64,000 nt of DNA from Octopus vulgaris (Eukaryota). The stretch covers positions 102,238,001 through 102,302,000 of the forward strand of contig OX597821.1 in assembly GCA_951406725.2 (NCBI GenBank). Reading direction: 5' to 3'. Every line of letters starts with the position of its first letter. Position 1 is the first letter of the stretch. Of this stretch, positions 54,653 through 64,000 are shown in pieces. Both the position numbers and the translations under genes were made by a program. The notes under the pieces are model-generated. The model ran no database searches. It was not told the origin of the DNA and was given only the letters and a program-made list of their open reading frames with translations.

Positions 54653-55374
54653 TTATTATAAGTATTTGTGTTTGTCCTCCACCAGTGCTTGACAACCAGT
54701 GCTGGTATGTTTACATCCCTGTTCCTTCGCAGTTTAGCACAAGAGACAAATAGAGTAAGTACCAAGTTTAAAATAACTGAAACAAGTTAAAAGTTAAAAG
54801 GATCCTTTAATCTTTGTCAGCATGGGCAGACAACATATTTCAAAACTATTGTTTCTCTACAATTGTAAAACAAGGAATTGTTGCGTGTTTATATAACTTA
54901 TTTTCTATTTCTCATTTGATATTTCCAACCTATTTTTCCAATGTGCACAGCAAACAATCAATCAAGCTGGTGAACATATACTTTTTTATTCTCAAAGCTT
55001 CAACAGATATAAATGAGACAGATTATTGCTTCTTGGTTTTACAATGTAGATTGTAGTTGACATTTGTCACTTCAGTTTTGTTGCTTTTGTAGTTCTTAAT
55101 GGCTTGGCATTGACTTAGTTAAGCTAAACTAAGGATTTCTGTCTCTGCTTTTGATTGTGAGATTGCAGACCATTGTTGGCTTAAATATGGGTTTGCTTTT
55201 GTTCTGTCTAGTGTTGTTAGATACTAGGAGTGGGGTTTTATTTTATTATTTTTTTCTCTTTAGTAGAGAGAATGAGAGCGAAAGAAAAAGAGAGAGAGAG
55301 AAAAGTACTTGTAGAATTTGGTGAGGATGAGGATGGAATCAGCTTAGAAAGAAACATGAGAAATAATATTTAAT

Positions 55375-55416
<42 letters not shown>

Positions 55417-56200
55417 TTGTCGTAGTCGTCATCATCATTTAACATCCATTTTTCATGCCAATATCGGTTTGATGGTTTCACAGGAGCTGACAAGGTGAGA
55501 AGCTGCACCAAGTTCCATTGTCTGTTTTGGTATGGTATCTACAGATGGATGTCCTTCCTAAATCCAGCTATCAAGTGCTTTTTATGTGGCATCAGCACCT
55601 ATGCTTTTACATTATATACATATATAATATCAAAATCAAAATGGAAATAGTAGTTGTGGCCAATGCCAGTGCTGTCTGACTGGTGCCTATGCTGGTGGCA
55701 CGTAATAAGCACCATTCAAGCATAAATCAATGCTAGTGCTGCCTGACTGGCTCCCCTTGCCAGTGGTACATAAAAAGCACCATCTGAACATGGTCAATGC
55801 CAGCACCCTCCGACTGGCTCCTGTGCACCATCCATATGTGGTTGATGCCAGTGCCGCCTGACTGGCTTCCGTGTTGATGGCACATAAAAAGCACCCACTA
55901 CACTCTCAGAGTGGTTGTTGTTAGGAAGGGCATCCAACTGTAGAAACCTTGCCAGATGAGATTGGAGCCTGGTGCAGCCTACTGGCTTGCCAGTCCTCAT
56001 CAAACCGTCCAAACCATGCCACCATGAAAAACAGACGTCAAAAAATGATGATGAGGAGGAGGAGGATATATATTTAGAGAATGTTAATTATGGTTGGTTC
56101 ATAGGGTTACCCTGAGTTTCATGTCCATAAACCGCTTAGCTTTACATATGTCTCATCAGACCCTAATGGTCAGTGGCCTATGCATGTATGCTATATATGT

Positions 56201-56258
<58 letters not shown>

Positions 56259-56308
56259 ATAACACATGAGGGAAAGACAAAATGGAATTCACAAGATTCT
56301 TTATTAAT

Positions 56309-56410
56309 CATTACAGTTGTTTTGACCCACCATGCATAAGTCCTTTGTGGGTCAGATTCTATACAACTGGTTGTAGTGCATCATTCAGTGCAGATGAGCC
56401 TCATCAGGTG
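56309..56410 (-). ncRNA. Degenerate hammerhead motif (G12A), left arm of an inverted pair
   Basis: Minus strand CAC-CTGATGA-GGCTCAT...GTGGGTC-AAAA-CAACTG-TA-ATG. Confidence 0.55.
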
Positions 56411-56537
56411 ACCATTCAAAAGCTACCTTATTCCATAAACTCAGTTTCACTTATTTCAATTATAATACATTTTGTTGTTTGCCTGTAGCTGGTTGTGTAC
56501 AGGGGAGGTCAAGATATAGAATGACCTTTTGAAAGGT

Positions 56538-56639
56538 CACCTGATAAGGTACATCTGCACCAAATGATGCATCATAACCAGTTGTACAGAATTTCACCCA
56601 AGAGGGACCAAGGCATGATGGGTTGAAACAATCGTAGTG
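56538..56639 (+). ncRNA. Degenerate hammerhead motif (G8A), right arm of an inverted pair
   Basis: CAC-CTGATAA-GGTACATC...GATGGGTT-GAAA-CAATCG-TA-GTG. Confidence 0.55.
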
Positions 56640-57005
56640 ATTAATAAAGAGTCTCATGAATTCCATTTTCTCTTCATTGCATATGTTATATGCTTGACAG
56701 ACATGAAGGATTTCCTGAAGTAAATCCAGTAGCACTTGTATATATACTGTTGATGACATCAGGTAGCTGAAGACAGAGAATATACTTTAAATGGCATACT
56801 ACCAGGTGTATACCCAAATTTAGAATTATTACTTATGTCCATATATATATTTGTATATATATAAATTAGAGAAAAACCACTATTATGTAATTCAAACAAT
56901 GATAGACATAAACCATATCATATAGAAAAAATAAATATATTATAAAACATATCTAGATCACAAAAAATACAAAATAATGAATAAATATTATATAATAAGT
57001 AAAAA

Positions 57006-57108
57006 GACTACATACGTATCGTGGCTATAACTTCAATTCAAATTATAATTAAATTTAAATTTAATCCAAACAACAATTCAATTTAAAAATATAGTCACTC
57101 CTCAGGTC
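57006..57108 (-). ncRNA. Degenerate hammerhead motif with long helix II (GAAA changed to GATA)
   Basis: Minus strand GAC-CTGAGGA-GTGACTATA...TATAGCCAC-GATA-CGTATG-TA-GTC. Confidence 0.55.
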
Positions 57109-57695
57109 AACAATACATACATACACAAATGCATTTATGCAAATTAATCTTGGTCATGAATATTCTCCATTCTTTTTGTACAAGTCTAAGTCCATTGTCT
57201 GCTGGAATCAAAGTAGGAGACAAATGCTGTGTTGATGATGTTTACATCCCTGTACATTTGCAGTTTGGCATAAGGGACCAATAGAATAAGTAGGCTTAAT
57301 ATGATAAAAAGTTCTGGGGTCGATTTGTTCAATTAAACCCTTCATGGCAATGTTCCAGCATGGCCATGGTCTAATATCTGGAACAAGTAAAAAATAAAAG
57401 ATCTATTTCTCTTATTCTTTTACTTGTTTCAGCCATTAGACTGCTGTGGCCATGCTGGATCACCACCTTGGAGTATTTTGTTTGAATGAATACTCATATT
57501 TTTAAGCCATTACCTATTATATCAGTCTCTTTGCTGAACCACTAGATTACAGGGATGTAAACACACCAACACCAGTTGTCAAGTGGCGGTGAGAGATAAA
57601 CACAGGCACAAAAACTCACACACACACACACATGAGTTTCTTCTAGTTGTCAAGCAATGTTGGTGGGGACAAACACAGACACACACACACATACA

Positions 57696-57765
<70 letters not shown>

Positions 57766-58008
57766 CATACATATACATATACATATATACGATGGGCTTT
57801 TTTCAGTTGCCGTCTACCAAATCCACTCACTAGATTTTAGTCAGCCTGAGGCTATAGTGGAAGGCACTTGTCCCAGGTGTCATGCAGTAGAACTGAACTT
57901 GAAACCATGTAATCACAAAACGAACTCTTAACCACACAACCATGCATGCACTTTTATAAAACTAATGATTTTTAATGAATGCTGTAATTTTGTCAATCTT
58001 TACCGAAG

Positions 58009-58334
58009 GACTCCAAGCAGTGCTGTGAGAATTGAATCAGAGACAAAACCCACAAATAATAATAATAGTAATAATAATAATAATAAAAATATTACGGATG
58101 TTGAATGTGAGGAATTCCCAGAAATGCTGCCATTTCCTACACCATCGAGGGCAGTAGTGTTATTGCAAGCTGCTCGAGCTTTTGAAGTGTTACAGCATCC
58201 AGATGACTGGCCCACTTCACTGGAATCTCATTTAGATGAAAACCTATTTGCGACCCACGACTTATCGGATCTTTCAGAGAAGAATGATCTAGAAATGCGA
58301 TTCATATTTGATCTGGCATATTCTGCCCTGAAAT
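58009..58334 (+). CDS. NSUN7: NSUN7-like exon (TPSSAVR...VLLQAARAFEVL...MRFIFDLAYSALK)
   Basis: Acceptor atctttaccgaag|G, donor AAAT|gtaagt. Matches the recalled NSUN7 N-terminal motifs VYVMAANIFQ and RLSYELAFSALKYQ. Confidence 0.75.
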
Positions 58335-58661
58335 GTAAGTGTTATTTTTTTTGTTTGTTTTTCATTTCGTGTGTGTGTGTGTATGTATGTGTGTGTGTGC
58401 ATGTGCATGCATGTGTGGGTGTATGCCTGCATGTGTGTGTTTTTGTGTTCATGTGTATCTGTGTGTGTGTGCATGTGTGCATATGTGTATGTGTGCTTTT
58501 CTGTGCATGTGTGTATGTGTGAGTGTCTTTTTATGTGCATGTATGTATGTATTTGCGCATATTTTTGTGTGTATGTATGTGTGTGTGTGTTTTTGTGTGC
58601 ATGTGAGTGTGTGTGTGCACATGCATGTGCGTGTATGTGTGTGAAGGTCCACTGCCTAGAT

Positions 58662-58901
58662 CAGTGGTTTCCAACCGGGGTTCACTTAACCTTTGGGGGT
58701 CAATATAAGATTTTGCTGTTAAAATTAATTTGCAATTTATTCTTCTACAATACACAAAATATCTCAATTTTCCTTTTAAACAAATCTTAATATTTAATTG
58801 TAAAAATACAGTAAAATTTCTTTTATATGAAGTGAATGGCTATGGAGGTCTACTATAGGAATCAAAGGGATCCATAGGCAAAAAATGGTTGAGAACCACT
58901 T
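58662..58901. mobile_element. hAT-type MITE
   Basis: CAGTGGTTTCCAACC / GGTTGAGAACCACT termini; a partial relative lies at about 31410-31635. Confidence 0.7.
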
Positions 58902-60244
58902 CCCAGAGGTCAGGGTGCTGCACTGACAATTGTAAGGTTGTGATTTCGATTCTCACACAGGGAATCTTAAGCCTTTAATGAAATTGTGTTGCTGACCAAG
59001 ACACTGCATTTCATAATGCTCCTGTCCATTCAGCTGTAAATATTTTCCAGCATAATTGGGAAGTTAACTCTGCAATGGACTGGCATCCAGTCCAGGGAGA
59101 TGTGCTGTAATCTCAGTCACTTATACAGCATGGAAATGGGGCTAACCTGTGGTCTTATGAATCCTACAGCTCAGAGTTTATTTTGGTCTTATGAATACTA
59201 CAGTGTGAAACAGAGTTTCTTTTAATAAGATACCTCTTGAAATCATCCGAGGAGACACATCTACACTGAGGGATACATCTAAACCAGTTGTGCCATATCC
59301 CACTCACAAGAAATCGATGCTAGATGGGTTGAAACAATTGTAGTGCGCAATAAAAATTCTCATATATTCCATCTTTCATCTGTCTCATTGATTACACATA
59401 CACACACACACATACACATAAATTTATAAAACAAGAAGATGGAATGAACAGGCTTTAATCACAAATCCCAACAATTGTTTCTGTGTATTGGTAACAGTTG
59501 TTACTAATGCACAGAATCTATTGTTGAAATTTATGATTAAAGCCTGTTCATTCCATCTTCTTGTTTTATAAATTTTTATATGAATTCTGTGTACACTAAT
59601 GTATTTCTATGTATATAACCAGTAAAAGGAGAATTCCTGTTGCATGATGGCGTATGGTAGCTGATCACTGTAGAGGAGCTTTGAAATGCATGTCATAAGG
59701 TTATTGCCCTATAATTGAACCAAATTCGATGACTGGCACCCGTGCCAGTGGAGTGCTAACAGCTCCATCCAAGCGGGATTACTGCCAGAGCAGCTGTCTG
59801 GCTTCCATGCCAGTGACACGTAAAAAGTACCATTTGAACGTGATCATTACCTGCGTTGCCTTGCTGGCACTTGTGCTGGTGGCATGTAACAAAGACGTTC
59901 GAGTGAGGTTGTTGCCAGTGCTGCTGGACTGACTCCTGTGCAGGTGGCATGTAAAAAACACCATTTGAGCGTGGCCATTGACAGTACCACCAGACTGGCA
60001 CGTAAAAGCACCCACTACACTCTCGGAGTGGTTGGCGTTAGGAAGAGCATGCAGCTGTAGAAACTCTGCCAGATCAGATTGGAGCCTGGTGCAGTCATCT
60101 GGTTTGCCAGTCCTCAGTCAAATCGTCCAACCCATGCTAGCATGGAAGCAGACGTTAAACGATGATGATGAGCATCATCATATATTTATAAAAAAAGAAG
60201 TTTCAAAACGCCACTATATAAGATAAACTTTAATTTTCTTAGAG

Positions 60245-60292
60245 ATTTTACATGTTTCGGTTCTTCTTGAAAAAACGAACCTTATCAAAAAT
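60245..60292 (-). ncRNA. Minimal type I hammerhead with U3:A8 core
   Basis: Minus strand ATTT-TTGATAA-GGTTC...GAACC-GAAA-CATG-TA-AAAT. Confidence 0.6.
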
Positions 60293-60580
60293 AGTTTTAA
60301 AAGTTAAGTGTAATAAAAAAAAGTTCATAAGTTTTCTTACTGGTCTCAACAGAGTCCCGTGGTGGTGTTTTGGAAGGGGGGGGGGGCATAATGGCTGTCT
60401 TGTGCATTGACTAGAATTGTTGGTTGTAATTGTGAAAATTCATAGCAAAGTGTATAATGAGAAAGAAATACAGCTGACTGTTTAAAAGTGAAGTTTGTGT
60501 TCATATGTTTAATGATGTGAGAATATTAAAAGTAATTAATTAAAATTATAATTATGTGGTGGGAAACAACAGCATTAACT

Positions 60581-60611
<31 letters not shown>

Positions 60612-61382
60612 CTTGAGTTTTCTTCTCTGGAATAATTTGGTGGTGCTGGTGATGGTCTTAGTTTTAGCTGTTGTTATTGTTGATATCGTCTTTGTTGTTG
60701 TTTTGTCCCATCCATGGGCCTGATGGCACAGACCTGTGATCAAAAGCATTTAAATGCTGAATGTCTAATCCTATTTCCAAGGAATATTGCTGGTGGTGCC
60801 ACTGTCAAAATTATTAAACAATCAAATGACTCATGTTAATTGCTCAGACTCACCAAGCACATAAAAAACAATAGTTAAGATAATGTCGCCAGTTTTAAAA
60901 AATGTAATTTGAAATAATTTTCATGTTCATTCAAGTAAATTATTGCATATTAACCTATAATTTTCTTTATCAGTTTTTTTGGCAATTATGCTTAGCTGAA
61001 GAGGTTACATAAGATTGAAACATTTCTAGAGCTACCTTCCATACTTTATTAAAATGGCTAATATTATCTTAATCATTGCGTTAATGCTGTCGTTTCCCAC
61101 CACATAATTATAATTTTAATTAATTACTTTTAATTTTCTCACAACATTAAACATATGAACACACACTTCACTTTTAAACAGTCAGCTGTATTTCTTTCTC
61201 ATCATACACTTTGCTATGAATGTTCACCACTCCATCCATACCCTCTCCTCTGACACCAGCACTACTACTCATAAATCTACCAGCTATATCATATAAACTT
61301 ACCTCATATATTCAGAATTTAAAACCAACCTTTCACATTTTCTTTTTCTCTTGTATTTTTCTCTCTCTTTTTCTTTCCACAG

Positions 61383-61441
61383 ACCAGAGCGTTTTAAGCA
61401 ACCTTTTAAGACATTGCCGTTTCTATAGACTATTCCCAGAC
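61383..61441 (+). CDS. NSUN7: NSUN7-like exon (YQSVLSNLLRHCRFYRLFPD)
   Basis: Long pyrimidine tract, cacag|AC acceptor and GAC|gtaagt donor. Completes ALK-Y-Q across a phase-1 junction, as in NSUN7 ALKYQDILETILIDS. Confidence 0.78.
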
Positions 61442-62332
61442 GTAAGTAGAACAGCTAACATGTTGTTGTTGTTGTTGTTGTTACTGTCATTGTTGGTGGT
61501 GCTTAAAACAAATTCTTTTTATTTATTAGTGTTTTACAGACACTTGTTGGAACCTGAATTAGCATGTCTTATAACTTAGTTTGATATTATTATTAATCCA
61601 TTCACACTTACAAATCCTTCTTAGTAATATTAAATCAAAACCCCAGTACTTCAATGATACTTTTTTTTTATTACTTTATTATTCTCTCCTGGCAGAGATG
61701 AAAGGTAAATTTAAACTTGGTGTGATTTGAACTTACAACAGTTGACTAAAGATTGCAAGACTTTAATTGTGTGTCAAGACTCAAATTATTATTATTTTTT
61801 AATTCTCTTCTTTCCAGTTGAAAAATTCTATTTATTTTATTAATGTTTTACAGACACTTATTGGAATCTGAATTTTAATTCTCTTCTTTCCAGTTGAAAA
61901 ATAAGGCTTTGATGGTTCAACATCATAAAACCTTCTTTAGCAAATAAATACTAGTGACAGAAGCAGTGTGAATATCAAATGGAAATCTTTGTATCCAACT
62001 TCACATGGATGTAGTATTAGAATGCTGTATTACTGCAGTATTCTTCCTGAAATCATGGGATTTCAGCAATTCTGCCACCTATGCTTGACAATTCTTGTCT
62101 GCTAACTATACATCCATATGGGAGGATCTCTCAAGCCAAATAGTGTGGTAATATGGTGTTCTAACAATACATCCATGTTATGTCAGCTATAAAGATTACC
62201 ATGCAATATTAATACTGCTTTCATTTGTTTTTTAATGAGCCTTCTGGCTATTTGCAACATCTGTGATTGAACAGTCATTGTTTTTGTATATATCGTTGCT
62301 GGTGGAATTTGGCTGGCATGCAATAAGCAGAT

Positions 62333-62383
62333 ACCTGCTTCTGATAAAGCACATGTACACTGAAATCATGTGATCTAGCAGGT
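62333..62383 (+). ncRNA. Type I hammerhead ribozyme motif (G8A core change)
   Basis: ACCTGCTT-CTGATAA-AGCACATGTACACT-GAAA-TCATGTGA-TC-TAGCAGGT; helix I ACCTGCT/AGCAGGT. Confidence 0.72.
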
Positions 62384-62553
62384 CTGCCATCCTTGCTAGT
62401 TGATTCTCATCTGCTAAAGATATGTCTGTGCTCCTTAGCAATGTGCATCCATATTAGAGAATCTCTCAGGGTGAATATTGCAGCAATACAACATTCTAAC
62501 AATACACCCATGTTGAGTTGGACATAAAGATTGCCATTCAGTATTAATACTGC

Positions 62554-63588
62554 TGTAGGGAATACGACCGTATGTAAGGAGTTGGTGACAAATGTCTTCT
62601 TTTGAATGCCACATGGTCGTCCCTAGCAAAATAAGAAGCTAAATACATAATATAAAATACAATGCCAAAGGAATGAATGAAGGACAACAACCGTTCTACT
62701 GTTTGAGAGAGAATAAGACTTTATTTACAAGGTGTACAAAGAGAGTGTGTGTGGGTGCTAGCAAAGTGTTTGTGTGCATGCGCGCGACAAGTATTTGTGT
62801 CTGTGTGTTCGTGTGTGTGACAGAAGGTACAAATAATAGTGTATGCACATAAAACAGAAATACTGAGCATAAGATGAATGTCTCAGCATATTGAGTTAAG
62901 ATGGAATTAGTTTACCAGTTCATGAGGTACACAATAGCAAACAGTTCTTTAACAAGATGTTGTGGACATGAAGCAGAGGCCGGTTGGGGCACATGCCGTG
63001 CAGCGCTTGGAGCCTCAATGCCGTGCCAAGTCTCTTGATACAGATAGTTCTTCGGGTAGACTGCAACTGTTTTACCTTGGTGCATATTCACAAACAGTGT
63101 GAGTTTTAAACCTGGTCAATGTTGGTGTGTACATATTTGAAGTTGATGGTGGTAATGGCGATGGTGGTGGAGATGTCCTGCACTGCTGGTGTACATTAGT
63201 GTTGTCATGGCTGGATCAGGAACATGGCTGGCTAGCTGATCGTCTGTTGCTGGAACTGGAACATGGCTGAGTATCTCTGTGGTTAGTGACCAGACCTTAG
63301 ATGGTCTAAAGTCAAAAAGACCCGGAATAGTGAATGCTGGCCTATTTATAGCCTGTTGTAGGCTCAAATGAAGGATCAGAAAAACAGTGCAGTGAGACCT
63401 TATCCAAAGGTCGTGATTGGTTGGCTTACACACTGGCGCGAAATAAGTCGAAAGACAAACTGTGCCAAATGCCAACCAATCAGAGCAGTGGACACAACAG
63501 GGTCAAGCTAGCCAAAGATGGTTGTAAATCTACCACGAGATTATTCCTTATATGTCTCTCAAACAGTGAGGATATCAATTACGCTACA
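62554..63588 (-). mobile_element. Solo LTR (1035 bp), Gypsy-like
   Basis: TGTAG...CTACA termini; 4-bp TSD CTGC (62550-62553 and 63589-63592); minus-strand TATAAATA (about 63342-63349) upstream of AATAAA (about 62720-62725). Confidence 0.8.
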
Positions 63589-63721
63589 CTGCTATACTGC
63601 TTCCATCACTAGTATTTATTTTTAAAAGCCTGGCAACTATTTGCAACATCAGTAACTAAACAGTCACTGTGTCTATATATCACTGGCAGTGGAATTTGAC
63701 TGGCATGCAGTAAGCAGATGC

Positions 63722-63768
63722 CTGCTACTGATGAAGTGCATGTATGCTGAAGTCACATGATCTAGCAG
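63722..63768 (+). ncRNA. Type I hammerhead ribozyme motif (A15.1G change)
   Basis: CTGCTA-CTGATGA-AGTGCATGTATGCT-GAAG-TCACATGA-TC-TAGCAG; distal helix I extension CTGGCATG/CATGCCAG. Confidence 0.75.
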
Positions 63769-64000
63769 TTCTACCACCCATGCCAGATGATTCTCATTTG
63801 CTAACAATACGTATGTGCTTCTTAGCACTTTATGTCTATATAAGAGGATCTCTCAAGATGAATAGCACAGTAATATGGTGTTTTAACAATACATTCATGT
63901 ACAGGATATAAAAATTGCCCTCTTCAGCAACTTTCTAATCCTTGTTCCAGGTAAGACCCATTCCACTCAGCTTACCTTCAACTAGTCTACATCTACACCA

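Larger units (their letters stand above)
62047..63920 (+). mobile_element. Retrozyme-like tandem array (~315-350 nt units, one type I hammerhead per unit), interrupted by a solo LTR
   Basis: Homologous units at about 62047-62340, 62341-62553 plus 63589-63727, and 63728-63920. HHR cores begin at 62341 and 63728, with a partial one at 62049. Confidence 0.7.

Overview
AT-rich, microsatellite- and transposon-dense eukaryotic DNA. The SINE, MITE and LINE landscape suggests an octopus (coleoid cephalopod) genome; this is an inference. Two intron-rich genes can be assembled by hand from phase-compatible GT-AG exons. The first is a minus-strand Gemin4-like gene (7 exons, 11154 down to 1290, about 600 aa, continuing off the left edge). 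The second is a plus-strand NSUN7-like gene (coding exons at 50664, possibly 54120, 58009 and 61383, continuing off the right edge). An intact tRNA-Ala(UGC) lies at 20816-20887 (-). The rest is nested mobile-element debris: CRE, RTE, CR1 and Penelope-like retroelements, Gypsy integrase and solo LTRs, DD34D and DD37D mariner-type fossils, MITEs and several SINE families. The most notable unannotated layer is about 10 type I hammerhead ribozyme (HHR) motifs. They include a ~340-nt tandem array with one HHR per unit (retrozyme-like, 62047-63920, split by a solo LTR), a head-to-head inverted HHR pair, a U3:A8 compensatory-core variant and a recurrent A6U-core variant. All homology calls come from recalled family motifs and manual alignment, not from database searches. 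Most ORFs in the supplied track are microsatellite or SINE artefacts.
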